Below are positions 1 through 14,454 of a DNA stretch of 64,000 nt, in pieces. Where the stretch lies: assembly GCF_021869535.1 (NCBI RefSeq), contig NW_026262581.1, forward strand, positions 15,872,001 through 15,936,000, written 5' to 3'. The number at the start of each line of letters is the position of its first letter. The stretch's first letter is position 1. The DNA comes from Mytilus californianus. Lineage: Eukaryota. The notes under the pieces were generated by a model. The model ran no database searches and had not been told where the DNA came from. It was given only the letters and a program-made list of their open reading frames with translations. The position numbers were made by a program, and so were the translations under genes.

Positions 1-1629
1 CAGTGAGTTGGTGAGTTAGTGTAATTATAACTTAAAGCTTTTAATTTTGTTTAACTCTTTACCTTAAATCAATGATTTGATATGAACATTAAAATCAAAT
101 TATTTATTTAAAGGAGTGAACCGCCGAGGGCCCAATAATAACTACTTATTATATAAAAATGGGGTTGCCTCTTTTAACTCACTGCAATAAAAAAATAATC
201 TATGAATTATCAGAAATGAATTATATTCAAGAAGAATAACTTTAGAATATATGACAAATATATAACATTAGTTCTCTGTGTAATAGAGATAAAAAGTGTA
301 CAAACCAAAGGGGGTAAACCAATGTAATGTAAAGCTTTGCCTAACAGTTTGTTGTTGGCGTATTGTATGATTATTGTTAACTCTATATCCACTTTTATGT
401 AGACCTTTTATTTTTAAACAAATTTTAACTGTACTTTCTCAGTTAAGATTTTTTTTCTGAAAGTTGACAGAGCTTACAAATACATTCCAAAATTTCACAA
501 GGAAATTCCCAATTATGGAACTCTGAGGAAAAATTAAATTTATTAGAAATATAAAGAATTCTGATGGTTTTTCATACGCAATACAATGTAATCTTTCGCC
601 TGGAACATTGCATGAGTTTACACCTATTTGAGACAAATATTCCATTGAGAAGGAGGTCTGTTGAATTGTAAATTCATACTTGGGAAAATTTGCTACTAGT
701 ACTGCATTTTGAAGTTGGGAATGTCCATCTTGTCGTTAATCGGTTACCAATAGTTATTTGTCGAAAAAGGTTATTTCCAAAAATCTCGATGATTCTTTTT
801 TCTCTCTGGGACAGCTGATATTTTTAAGCAATTTCTAAAGATATGTGGTGCAATTGAAATTGAATCACACTATTCAGCAGACGGAGACAACTATTCACTA
901 GACGAAGAAAAATATTCATCAGATCCAAAAATCCTCAGCAGTTGATTCGTGAATTACAGAAAAAAAAACTTGAGTGCGGAAAAACTTACTTTTTCAAGCA
1001 GTTTTCTATTTTCCAACTGCTAGAACTTCAGAAATATTCAACCGAAAACACACTGTAACTTCTTATGATATGATTGTGTACCGAATAAATAATTGATTGA
1101 ACAAGACATAACAAAAAAAGTGCGGAAAACATACCGCCAGACTGACTGAAGGACGGAGTGCAAACATTTCCCTCTTTCGATTCATCAGTAGGGAGACTAA
1201 CAAAGAGTTGAAAAATTTAGGTGTCTAGACTGCTTTTTTTATTGGCAATTTTTTATTCTTTTTTAAGGATAATAATCAATGAAAGAGATCAAATCAAATG
1301 AAGCTAATGAGATGTAAATGTTCATGCACATATAATGAATTCACATGCAGAATATTTTCAATCTATATTTAGTTTCTGACATTCAGGCCTACTCAAAGAA
1401 ATTATTTATCACCCTTGAGCATGAGCATGAGTTACCTCATATGTCAGCGATATACTCAAGTTCAAATTCACATTCTAAATATTGTTGTCATGTTCAATAG
1501 TTGATGAAAAACCGACCAATTTCTGAATATTTAACCCTACAGTTATAGCATATAAATGAAGTCAAGATACTCCCACGTAGTTACACTTTTATGTGTAGAT
1601 ACCTATTGTCGAGTGTGGCTAATCATCGA

Positions 1630-1780
1630 ATGAGGGTTCGAGTTGAAGTTAGATTTAGAGTTCAAGTTATTGTCCAAGTTCGACCCAAAGGTCGAGTTAA
1701 AGTGGTAGTTACAGTTCGAGTTTCGTTTCAAACTTCACTTTATGTTAAATTTCGAGTTCAAGTCACAACTCAAGTCAGAG
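1630..1780. repeat. Degenerate 6-bp-periodic tract (GTTCGA/GTTCAA-like)
   Basis: GTT recurs about every 6 nt, producing the alternating Val-X ORF 1591..1791. Confidence 0.6.
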
Positions 1781-4700
1781 ATGCCCTATAATGGTTTACT
1801 TTTTACAAATTGTGACTTGGATGGAGAGTTGTCTCATTGGCACTCATACCACATCTTCTTATATCTATATATAATAAAACTTCAAGGTAGAATTCATGTA
1901 TATAAATTTTGCACTGTTTTTAAAATATGAAAGTCTTTGGTTACATTCAGAGAACAAAGTAAAATGCAAAACTATGTAGAGAGAAGTATGTTTTAATATT
2001 TTCGATTATCATTTGTTTACAAATGGTTGCCTTTTTAAGTGAATGCGACATATATAAGTGAATGCGATTTGTCAAAATTAAAGGATACATTCTGTGTATT
2101 TACTAATGGTAACAACACGCTGAGAAAATCGGAGAGCATGCATCTCCTAATGGCCGTCTTTCCCTTTTCCCTGATTCAAATGATCTACAAATGGTAACTT
2201 GAATAGTGTCTTCTTATTTGACAATAAAGTTTTGGTTTTCAGACGATTTCTGTAGTCTTTATCAAAGAAGTGTAAATATTTGATAAAATAAGTAACATAT
2301 ATGAAGTATATTTTTCTTTCCTTGAAGTATTCAAAGTGTTAAGTAATCTTTTTATTTATAACTTATAGTCTTGCTGCGCCCAAAGAAACGTAAGATTTTT
2401 AGAATGTAGTTTAAATATTCTATTTGATCTATTATACAAATAAGACCAGACACACGTTTTCACAAACTTATGAAGTTTTCGTCTATTTATACATTAAGCA
2501 TGCACGTAAGGTTGTAATAAATTCTAGTTTAAGAATAAATAAACGCTTTATAAATTATGAGAATAACTACAGTTTTTGAATAATAATGCAATTACCGTAA
2601 GAAAGTGTAAAAAAAAATTAGTAAACTTCCAGTTGTCCTCTGTATCAATTGAAAATTTTCTGTATAGTTTTGCATTTTTTTAATGGGGGGATTAATACTA
2701 TTCTGTTTTTGAAAAAAAAATGCGTTTTCTGTATACTAACAAAATATCAATTACGCATTCTTTTTAGAAATACAAAAAAGTAATTCTACAAAAAAATGTA
2801 TTTTAAGATTAATTTTTCGCCGGCTGAACACCTTTTAATAATCAACTTTTTTAAGTGTGTGACATGCACAAAACTTTAGTAACATAATTCAGCTTGAACT
2901 TTTAAATATGATTACTTTTTCAAACAACTGAAGTTTAATAGCATTTTTATTCTAAATGACTGCGTGTATTTTCATTTCGAACTAGTGTACATAATTTTAC
3001 ACAGTATAACCTAGGATAGTAGTGCTCCGCTATTAATTTAGGAAATACATGAAACTGAACTGAACTGTCACGCAGAATTCGATGATCATTTGAAGTACTT
3101 CGTGACCCTTATTTCTAGTTAGGAAAACGATTTACAGCTTGGGGCTCAAGTCCTCACCATGGATCATAGATCGCCATGCTGCTCATATAGGGAATAATTG
3201 ATTCAAGGTAAAAACCGAAGTTGCAAAAGAGTTTTCAAAATTTAAAGAAGCAAAAAGTTTGGTTTCATAAAGGATTTATTTGTTGAGTGTTGTTTATTTA
3301 ACGTCAAAAGAAAAATATTTAATGTATATTCAGGATGAGAATGAATCAACAAATGATTCTGCAAAATGGGTCAATCGCAATGAAAGACGGGTAGTTTAGA
3401 CTGAAACTGGATAAAGAGATAAATAAAGGCAACAGTAGTATACCGCTGTTCGAAATTCATAAATCGATTGAGAAAAAAACAAATCCGGGTTACAAACTAA
3501 AACTGAGGGAAACACATCAAATATAAGAGGAGAGCTACGACACAACAGAAACACAACATTTAATGTAACACACACAGAAACGAAGTATAATATAACAATG
3601 GCCATTTTCCTGACTTGGTACACGACATTTTAAGAAAAAAATGGTGGGTTGAACCTGGTTTTGTCGCTAACCAAACCTCCCGCTTTTATGGCAATGTTGA
3701 ATATAACATTAGAATGACAACATTACATGACAGGACTACAATACAAATAAATGGGAGAACATACAGGACAGAGAAACATACGAATAATAGCACAACAAAA
3801 TATAAAATAAAAACAAAAGGTACCAGGTTTAAAATTTAATACGCAAGACGCGCGTTTCGTCCACACAAGACTAACCAGTGACGCTCAGATAAAAAAAGTA
3901 CGAAAGCCAAAACAAGTACAAACTTGAAGAGCATTGAGGACCAACAGACACATGGCACTGCAATATGCCACCTATACGAAGCTTTGGTATAGTTGTTGCA
4001 ATTATTCTTTAGCAGGCAGAGCAAGGTCATCTGCCTACACGAGACACCAACTTATCTAACGTCTAATGTCATTCTGTCTGGACTTGTCTGTGTATCTATA
4101 AATAAACAATGCAAAAGCAAAGGAACACCCCTTGAAAAGAGTTTTATTGTCGAAAGGTGATAACCTTATTCATATAGCATTGGAGTTGTTTTCATACAAG
4201 ATATAAAAAAATGAACTAGTCTAAGAATATACCCAGCAGGCAATCAAAAACCATTAATCTAATAGCAAAAGAAAAACAACACTACCAAGAAAGGTATACT
4301 GATTCAGCACACCAATCACTAACAATTGGGCAGAAATCATGTGCTCTGGATGGATAAAAGATTCATCAAAGATACCAGGCTTATAAATTATGGTACCCCA
4401 GACGAGCGTTTCGTCTAACTAAGACTCATCAATGACAAAGGGACGACTTTTTGACATTTGATTGCTAGGGAGACGACGTGAGCAAAAGGATTTGGAAATG
4501 AATATCCTGATCTGTTCAGAAAAAAATCTTGCCAATACAGAGAAAAGATGAAATTTCTGCCCAATTAAATGCAGGAAATAATTGTGAACAAAAGTAGCAC
4601 TAATTTCCCCCACCGAATATCCCTTACACCCATCAGCTTGTTCATTGCAAGTAACGATCGGGTGATAATACGCATTGCGTTAAACGATAAACTAAGAATG

Positions 4701-5759
4701 GAGAGCCGGATGGATCATGTGGACAAACAGTAAATTAAATAATGATGACGTGTTGACAGTTTTGAATTCAACCTTACCATAACGAACGCTTGGTTCAGCA
4801 GATTCATTGTAATCAAAGACCATGATGAGAAACGAAATCCCTGGAAGATTGTAACACTAGGGATATATATATATACCCCATATGCATATGTTGCAATGTA
4901 GGTTTCGTTTATTTCACTTCCACGGCATAGATGCTTTTCACCGAGTTCTGATTTTTTTCTGTGTGAAATCATCATCTACATAGAGAAAATTGAAATAAAA
5001 GAATACTGCAAGCTTCCTTGTATTCGTCTTTAGTAGACCCGTATGAAATGTGCCTCATATAAATATAGGAACAAGTCTGTGAGATAAGAAGAACAGTTGG
5101 TTCAAATAGTAATACCACCTGTCTATTAAAAACCGTCCCCATCACACAAAACAAATCTATTGTCAATAAAAACAATCTACCATTTCCACATACTAGTAAG
5201 AATCACAAAACTTCAGACTTGAAGCAGAGATGATTTGTTTTTATCAATTATGAATTGAACCTTCTAAAATAAAAAAATTGTATCTTTTTTTGGTCTTTTT
5301 ATGAAACAAAGTTCAATCTGTCTTAAGCCTAGAACTAGAAATACTTGTGTAAAGGGAACAGAAGTCAAATGTTTGGAATCAGCTTCATCCTTTATCACGG
5401 AATACACGTAAATCTGATATTTTTTCTCTATATATATTTTTCTCTCTAAATATATTATTTCTTGGTAAAAAGTTTGGTGAGACAGTTGTCTCACTGCCTC
5501 AATGGAAACTACACCACTGAAAAAATATAACAAAAATACAGAACTCAAAGGTAAAAAAAGGGGAATCCTACAAAATTAAATGTTAGACTTTATCAACCAA
5601 CTAAATGAAAACAAGCTTAAAATACTTAAACTGCTGGTATATACAAACATCGTGCCGTCCACCATACAAGGATTTTTGTCCATCCCTCAGCATTCAGCGA
5701 TTGTCCTTAATGACAATACCAAATCTGTGTTTTAATCAAAAGTGGTTCATGAGCAATGA

Positions 5760-6950
5760 AAGGTAAAGATTGCTTACATTTTTCGATTTGAACTTATATT
5801 AAACATTTAATCGCAATTGCACAAATTTAGGATATGCAATATTGAGAATTCAAATGTAAGAAAGGAACTGTGTGCCAATTGTAAATCCTTGGAGTTCAAA
5901 CCGAATGTAATATTGATACAAAAAGTATTTGGATAAAAAGTCGTCAATGTACGGAAATATTCGATATTAAGACCAAAACATTGTCGCCAAATTCTCGTTG
6001 ATAAAAGGAGATTACATACAGTTATAAGGAAAGGCTACCACTACAAAACTAGGAATATTACATATTGGTACAGGGATTGAGGCGGTAAATAAAAAAAGGA
6101 GCTAATCCTACAGAAAAATTGTGATCGTTTTAAAGTATTGGGTAAATTAAAAGAATATCAACTCAAAATTATTGTTGATCCAGTGTTACATCCGTAGTTC
6201 AACCCGTTAAAAAGACTGCCGTTTGGAATAAGGTGTGCCGTTTAGAACAAGTCACAAGAGCTTGAAAATTTAAACGTCATGGAGAAAATCTTGGGTTTCG
6301 CCGCTTCTTGTTGTACGGAAAACAAACAATGAGGTTAGACTTTGTATTGATATGCGACGTGGAATCACTCGTGTACTTCAAGAAATACATCCGATTTCGT
6401 CAGTGGACGAAAATTAAGATGATATGAATGGCAGCGCATTGTATTCAAATATGGATTTAAGGTGGGCTATTATCAGATCGATTTAGACGACGAATCGCAA
6501 GAAATAACTACTTTTGTGACTCACAAGGGATTATATCGCTATAAGAGGTTGATATTTGGTATTGTATGGAATTCGGGTTGATAACAGATCATAAGCCTCT
6601 TGAAATATATTTATTCGCCAAAATAAAAACCGCCAGCTTGATCAGAAAGATGGGCTAGTAGACTACAACTGTACAATTTTCGAGTTGTGTATCAATCTGG
6701 ACGTAAAAACTTACACCACATTTTCAACCAGATCCGTACGTAATTACTAAGAAGAAAGGAAATGCAGTAAGTGCAAGAAACGCAAATGGAACTGACCCAC
6801 GTCAAAAAGCGCTTTTAACGGGAAAAAGGGAAATATCCAAATACTAGTGGATAGTCTCTAACTACATGAAAGAATAAGAAACTGATTTTTTTTTTATCGA
6901 CTCGCGACCGAAACGAAGTACAAGAAGACCCAAATACTTGGACGATTACT
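5760..6950 (+). mobile_element. Decayed Gypsy/Ty3 LTR retrotransposon pol remnant with internal deletions
   Basis: Frameshifted translations: VLGKLKEYQLKIIVDP..RLPFGIR; VRLCIDMRR; DL..AYYQIDLDDESQEITTFVTHKGLYRYKRLIFG (RT 5' half, 6135-6565); ITDHKPLEI..ERWASRLQLYNFRVVYQSG (RNase H end); LTPHFQPDPYVITKKKGNAVSAR and RPKYLDDY* (pol C-terminus). The left boundary (gag-like part) is approximate. Confidence 0.85.
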
Positions 6951-7289
6951 AGTATGTTTGCCATTGAGATACATTTCATTAATTAACTATACATGTTTTA
7001 AGTCTACATGTTTTCCGTAGTTTTAATTTGTTTAAAATTCTTTCACAAAGTTCATCGGTTTTACTTGATAAACTTTCATTCAAAGGTAAAGAGGAAATGT
7101 AGTATTTAAACAAAAGACAATTAATTCATAGTGACAATCAATTAAACATTTAGGTAACAAATTCTCGCAAACTCTGTAACATATCATCTATTGAATGATA
7201 AGTTCAAGTTTCATCCTGTGTGTGCATGCCATTGTCTGCTCTGTATTTGATGATATGATGTTTAGAAACAATTCATTTATGTGCGATGA

Positions 7290-9030
7290 GCGCGGATTTT
7301 TAAAGATAGGAGGAACTATGTTGAAGAGCTTGCACAAGACGCAGAGGAGTCTTCAAAGCGTGAAAGCTCACTGTAGCCTATAAAATCTTCCGGCAGCTGT
7401 CAGGCAACACATATGCACCTGTGGAACCCAAAGAGGGGGAAGCTGCTAACAAAGATTGAAATGTTAGACCGTTGGCCAGAATACTTAGAGTCAAAATGTG
7501 AGAGACTACATTATCTGTTTTCCATCATATGGATAAATGATATAATGCCAACAGAATAGAATAAAGACATAATTGTGAAAATAAAAACGAAGAGAGATCT
7601 GAAACTGTGTAAATACTGGCGCGGAATATCACTACTTTCCATTCCTAGCAAAGCAATCCTTAGAGTCATCAAGAATAGAATTACGGATGACAGTAAGCTA
7701 CATGAAGAACAAGCCAGTTTCAGTAATAACATAAGCTACACAGGCTACCTATCTGCCCTCTGTAACACCATAGAACAATGCATAGAGTGGCAGAACAAAT
7801 TTGTATTAAACTGTATTGACCTCCAAATAGCATTTGACAGTCTAATAAGAGAGATACTAGAAGGAGAAATCTTAAAGCATACGGATTTCCATCAACAATT
7901 GTAAAGCTGATAAAGACATTCTACGGCAAGTATGACACAATGGCCAGCTTTCTGGTTAGTTCTCATTGGAAATAGACTTCAGACAAGGTTTTGTGAACTC
8001 TATTCTCTTCTGATAAAATGTGATAGTCGTCGATTGGTTTATAATATCAACACCAGGAAATGGAAACACCGGAAATAGATGGACACTTGACCCCTTTCTA
8101 GAAGACTTGGATTTTGCAGATGACAAAAGCTTATAATCAAGCAGAAGAGTACAAATGCAAAAGAAAACAAGATTGAATAATTAAATAACGTGTCGAACAA
8201 ACTTGCCTATACGGCATGGTTTTTTCCTTATTATTGAAGGCCATACGGTGACCTATAATTGTTTACATTAACATCATTTGAACGCTGGTGGATAGTTGTC
8301 TCATTGGCAATCATACCGGTGCACATCTCCTTAGTTTTATATCGGAATAAAAATAAACACCAAACAAAAACAAATCAAATCAATCAACGAGCAATCCAAC
8401 AATGCACCAATCGAGATTACAAACTCTAACATCAAGGAAATAGAAATTTTTAAGCTTCCAATACTTAAAGGCAGCGTTATGAGCAGTGATAACTTGATAA
8501 GCAAAGACATCAAAGCAAGACTGAGTAAAGCAATGAAAGCCTTCTGTCAAGTCAGGTCAAAATGGAGATCATAATATCTTACGAGAAACACCAAACATCT
8601 GTACTGCTTTACGGCTCAGGATGTTGGAGAATAATCAAATCTGACTTCAACAAACTGCTGCATTCAACAATACATGCAATACCTGCTTACGAAAAATCTG
8701 CAAAATTTTTTGGCCGAAAAAAATCAACCAAGAATATATAAACTGACATCGAAAAGCGATATAAGAGAGGAAATAAAAATTAGAAAATAGTCACGTCTTT
8801 AGGAAAAAACATACAAACATTACAAACGTGTCACTGAGGTGGACTCCGACTGGAAAGACAAAAAAGGGAAGATAAAAAGAAACATAGAGAGGAACAGTGG
8901 AAAGTGAGATGAAAGAGATTATGATGTCTTGGCTAGAAGCAGAGAAGAAAGCACAAGACAGGGGATATTATGGCGACAGCTGGTATTCCGTTGGCCCTCT
9001 GTGTATACAACCACAAGGGAGTTAGAGTAA
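7290..9030 (+). mobile_element. Decayed RTE-clade LINE (RT domain to 3' end)
   Basis: ORF 7575..7904 has DLKLCKYWRGISLLSIPSK..EEQASF..IEQCIEWQ..IDLQIAFDSL; EDLDFADD at 8101-8124; C-terminal VSLRWTPTGKTKKGR*KET*RGTVESEMKE typical of RTE. Multiple stops and frameshifts; interrupted by a short repeat at about 8230-8345. Confidence 0.9.
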
Positions 9031-9035
9031 TAATG

Positions 9036-9550
9036 AACTAGAAAAATGAGGTCAAGGTCAGATTACCCTGATAGAAAGACATGTTTACATTAAAATCATT
9101 CCATACACCAGATAAACTTGACCTTTTGCTAATAGCATCTGAGAAACTGACTTGAACACGAAAACTTAACGTTGATCACTGAACCGTGAAATTAGATTAA
9201 GTTCAGATCAAATGAACCCTGTCAGACGAATTTGTGGACCTTGCTGTGATTCTACATAACAAATATAGTTATCCCATTACTCATAATAAGTGAGAAAACC
9301 CGCTTAAGTTTTTTTCTTACGCAGATTCTGAACCGTGAAATGAGGGCAAGGAATACGGACATATGTCAAACAGAGACTCCAGAACATGAGGCATCTGTAA
9401 ACAAGATATAAAGTGTTCAAGTGTACTTCCTTCTGAAGTATAAAGCTTTATACAAAAAGCGTATGCCGTTACCGCAGATGGATTAGGATTCATTAGCCTA
9501 GTATTATGTGACACTAAGACTCCGCATACTATATACAGCTGGATAAAAAT
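9036..9550. mobile_element. Degenerate HINE-like fragment, same monomer family as 37916-39114
   Basis: Three decayed monomers with AAATGAGGTCAAGGTCAG / CTGAACCGTGAAATGAGG. Confidence 0.6.
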
Positions 9551-10353
9551 GTACTACAGGGTAAAATAGTAAGTTTGGAATTAAATACTACTACTGAGGA
9601 TAAATAGGAGGTTCCAAGAACCATGAATCGCTCCACTTCATTACATATTATAATGATATTGCTTGTCATCAAGTCACATTTTCTCTACCTTAGCACTACA
9701 TTTATAAAGCTCACAGTGATAATCAGTGTTACATAACAACTAAGTAGGACATCTAGCTATTTTGACTTTTGTTCCTTATATAATTATTCATACAATGACA
9801 CAAAGACCCCAACATAATTTAATATTACAACATATGTTTTGAGCAAATGAAGATGATAAAAAACGATATTTTTTATGGTAATGATTTATGAAAGGGGTCA
9901 TCAAAAGATCAAAATCTAGCATAGATTATTTTTTAACCCATGTCTGTGAATATTTATTAGGAGGATTATGACTTAGAATTCAATACACCTTAATTACGGA
10001 CCAGGGGAACTTAATCAACATTAATTCAATGATTACATAGTCTTTTAGCCGCATGAACAAATCCTGAATATGGTTGATCATATTGACATAACCACTAACC
10101 ATTCTCAGCAGGTCTATCAACTGATTTTGTCAGATAAGACTTACCCTAAGTAAAAAAAAAAATACACAACATTACAATAATCTCCAGCTTTCAGTATGCT
10201 TTAACTATATTCATACATAAACAAACTTAAAAAGTTCATATAAGTAGTGTGTCACTGTGTGATACAATTCTTTGTTCTGCTACATATCATGTACATGCTG
10301 CTAAGTTGAATCAGTTTTACCTATATAAATTTATGTTCGAAAAAATTAAAAAT

Positions 10354-11088
10354 AAATGGAGAATGTGTCCATGGGACAGATGATGCCCCCGCTTGCATAT
10401 AACGTAATAAAGGGACATAATTCAAGACCGGTAAAAGTGACGCTACCCAAATTCATACTTGATCTGAATTTTGTGGTAATAAGCATTGTGTATAATTTTC
10501 ATAACATTTGGTTTAGGAAAACTTAAGTTAGAGAACAGAAACGAAACATTCAGCATTTTTTTCATTTGTAAAGGGGCATAACTCCTAAACAGTAAAAGTG
10601 ACGCCACCAAAATTCGCGAACTTGGTCTGTATTTTTTGGCAATAAGTATTGTATATAAAATTCATAATATTTGTTTGAGGCAAAGTAAAATTAGAGAACA
10701 GAAACAAATAAATGTAGATAGTGTCAACATAAAAATTTCAGCAATTTTTCCATTTTTAAAGGGACATTACTCTAGAAAGGTAAAACTGACGCTACCTAAA
10801 TTCGTACTTGATCTGAACTTTGTAGTAATAAGCATTATGTATAAGTTTCATAACATTTGGTTGAAGCAAACTTTAGAGAACAGAAACGAAAAATTCAGCA
10901 CCAAAATGTAAACTTAATCTGTGTTTTGTGGTAATAAGCATTGTGTATAAGTTTCATAACATTTGGTTGAGGCAAACTAAAGTTAGAGAATGGAAACCAA
11001 TTTGTGGGATGTATTGACGGATGGACGGACGTACAGACGGACAAGGTTAGAACTTACTATCCCCTCTACTACAGCGGGGGGATAAAAA
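10354..11088 (-). mobile_element. Inverted copy of the same HINE family as 23909-25518
   Basis: Reverse-complement match: TGTGTCCATGGGACA hairpin, GATGCCCCCGCTTGC, monomers with AAGTTTCATAACATTTGGTTGAGGCAAA, (GACG)n, CCCCTCTACTACAGCGGGGGGATAAAA end. Confidence 0.8.
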
Positions 11089-13771
11089 AACATGTGAACA
11101 CCTGATGTTTGGAAATCCAAATTGTCTGAAAACATACCATTCAATATTAACTTATTACCAATTGTTTGTGTTTAACTGAAATGTGCATAATTAACTGTCA
11201 ACATGAGATATGTCTTGCCTATGTTTTATTTTGATAGTACACTGCAAAAGTTCCAATTAAAATGGCAATATGTTAACATGTAAACTATATGAAACATTCA
11301 GTCAATGAAGCAGGACTCAAAATGCAGGACCAAATAACCTCATATTGAATGAGAAATACTAATGCTTGTAAAACTGCATACTAAATACCATTGCAAACAC
11401 AAACTTAACCATGTAGACTATGCAAAAGTTTCAGTCAATGAACGAGGGGATGGGGCCATATAATTTTCATGGGAGTGAGATAGCAAATGTCAATACTGCT
11501 GCATACCAAATATCATTGACAGACCATTAAAGGTTCATCTTAAACTGACATAATTACAAACTTTAACATGTAAATATGACTATCATTTAGTACACAATTG
11601 TTCATGGTGGTCTAACAATAATCATGATAAATGTTATAGTTATAGTAATGAGGACTTTCATTATGTAACAGATTCAGATGAAATTGGAAATCCTTGTTTA
11701 ATAATCCTAAACAAGCACCTTCTAGGTCAACATATAAGGCTGCCATTTTTGTGTTTGTCTTTTAACTTTTATTGTTCTGTGTTTTTATGTTACGTGGTAG
11801 CACCTTTGACCATTTCTGTATGTTAGTATTATGTTCACAACATTTATTTTGTTATTAAATATATAAAAAATAAGATGATGTTGTGGTATGATTGCTAATG
11901 AGACAACTATCAACCAGACCAAATGACACAGACGTTAACAACTATAGGTCACCATATGGCCCTCATCAATGAGCAAAACCCATACCACACAAGTATAAAA
12001 GGCCCTTAAATGACAAATGTAAAACAATTTGAACAAGAAAACTAAAGGCCAGGTTTAGATACAAAACAAAAAAGGAAAAGTAAATTTGATATACAGTAAC
12101 AAACGACTACCACATGTTTGTATTTTGACATTTAGTTTTTCAGAAAATATTTTTTTCAATGATAAAACTGTAAATTATGAATCAAAACAAATGAAAAATT
12201 TTATATTTTTATTTTCAAAGTGCAAAAATATACAATCTATTTACGAAAACAACAAGATAAATAAACACATGATAAACAAACCCGTTTTAACAAAAGTAGA
12301 GACATTGGGGTTAACGTTTTCTGTAAGGCTTTAGGTTGTTAGTATAAGGAATAAGATTTGGATTTAGAAAAGGCCTCCAGTACTCACTGTATGATAAAAG
12401 TACATTTGAAAAAATCTAATTAAATAATTCAAAATACAAATATGAAACAACACATAAATAATTAAATGCTTACATCATAAAATATGAAGTTGCACATGGA
12501 TTATGTTATGTTAAAAAGAATTAAACACGGATCTTACAGAACTTCACAAAATATCAAAATCAGGACAAACTATGATAGTACACATTTTATATTCACAATA
12601 TAAAAAGGCATTCTTAGACAATGACAATATAACATGTCAGGACAGAGGGGCTACCAACTGATATAACCTTTTAAGCATAAAATGGGGTCAATTAATGCCA
12701 TAATTAAAATACATATGTAATTTAAGATAAATCTGAGCTACTAGTACTATATGATGAGATTCAGAATATAAAAAGTAAAATATAAGATATTGGAATGTTA
12801 TTAAAATAAAATAAACATAAATAGTTCTCAGTGTATTTCAGCACATGCGTAGTATCAAACTATTACATTAACACAGGCCTTCTGTTGAATAATTCCATTG
12901 TATTTTTTAAAAGTTTAGGAGGACAATTAAGCTAGGCCAAAAAGATAGACCTTGCAAAACAGAGATTCACTAAGACAGATAAGGTTGAAGGGTTAGGATT
13001 GTTTATACAAGTATATCTATAATCTGTAAAGCCACCCTCAGTTTTATTTATTTGTATTTTCCATTGTTGATTTGAAAATTTTCCCTCTTATCAAAATAAG
13101 AAATCATTTTAGAAATAAAAAACAATAGACTGTAATTCCTAAATATGAAAACTCAGTGTGTGGAGGATGATAATCTACTCCTGATAAATTATATCTGACC
13201 TATATTGTACTAGACAATGTCTTATTTCCTCAGGTCAAGTGCAAAATCTTCAACATAGTAAGTTACTCTGGAATATTTAGAACTTACTTTACATCAAATA
13301 CCTCTTAAATATTATGACCTACTTAATATGTATAACATTAAACTATCCAACTAAGTTTTAAGTATAAATTTAAATAAATATTAGCAAAAAATAATATTTA
13401 AATAAATTTCAAAATTTAAGTTAGGGTGTAACGCAAATTAACTATGGTAGCAAGGTTAACAACACATTTATGTCCAAGAAAGCAAACTAGTTACAGATAC
13501 AACATGAGAGGAAATGCTGTAAAGTATGATCCTCATCATGTTCATGCACAAGTAATAAGTATCAAATAAGTAATTCAGGGATATTAGTTACATTTCATTT
13601 GGAATAATTAATTTCTTTTTTGTAGTTATTAGTTTTGTTTGTTAACCTCCTTAAATTAAAAGAAATTAAGGTCAAGTCAAAGTAACTCACTGTCGTCTGG
13701 TGTTTAATTGTATATTTAACAAAGAAATATCTGTATTGTAACAATATGCAATCCAGAGTTTTTTTTTATTT

Positions 13772-13951
13772 CTGAAACTGTATGACAAATACAAATGCTT
13801 CTACAAACTGAAACTGTATGACAAATACAAATGCTTCTACAAACTGAAACTGTATGACAAATACAAATGCTTCTACAAACTGAAACTGTATGACAAATAC
13901 AAATGCTTCTACAAACTGAAACTGTATGACAAATACAAATGCTTCTACAAA
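13772..13951. repeat. 36-bp minisatellite, 5 perfect copies (predicted HEBP-a 3' UTR)
   Basis: CTGAAACTGTATGACAAATACAAATGCTTCTACAAA starting at 13772, 13808, 13844, 13880 and 13916. Confidence 0.97.
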
Positions 13952-14279
13952 CATCGGAATGTGAACCTTGAAAAATTGCATTCCACTATCACCCATTATA
14001 AATTGGAGGACAAAACGCTACATTTCAAGTGCTTATTAAATGTAAAGCATGAGCACCAATATTTGGTTTGTAGGTGTTTCTAATGCATCTGTATTGAAAT
14101 TTATCATTATAAGGTACTAAAAATTAGAATATTACTTAAAATTTTCATAAACTCTGACTTGACCTTCATCATGTTCATATTGGAAAACATTGATAGTTCT
14201 TGAAACCTAGAGTAATTAAAATAGAGATAACTATATTTTGTCATTATGCTGGTTGGTATTGTTATTCAGTGGTATGTTC

Positions 14280-14454
14280 TTATTTGGAGATAAACCATAT
14301 TTCATTATGTCTCTTGAAGATTCTGAATGGACTATCATATCCTGCTGTGAAGTAAAACTGGGTATGGTACTTGCTCGAGTCATTTATAGACTTAAACAAT
14401 TCTTGAGCTTCTTTGATCCAATCTTCAATCTTCCTAACATACCCACCAAATTGT
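14280..14454 (-). CDS. HEBP2: HEBP-a coding exon 4 (terminal)
   Basis: attgtag|ACAATTTGGTGGG; encodes QFGGYV...YFTAGYDSPFRIFKRHNEIWFISK*, with TAA at 14282-14280. Confidence 0.92.

Noticed and set aside
5264-5548. 94-aa minus-strand ORF with possible splice sites
   Set aside because: No recognisable homology, AT-rich low-complexity middle, and no consistent exon chain could be built.
10139-10162. Minus-strand poly-pyrimidine-TTAG followed by G-GTAAGT (recursive-splice-site-like)
   Set aside because: One nucleotide off the AG|GT pattern, and no host transcription unit is demonstrable here.
13766-13996. 76-aa ORF with FVEAFVFVIQFQ repeats
   Set aside because: Translation of the 36-bp minisatellite; no family similarity or splice context.
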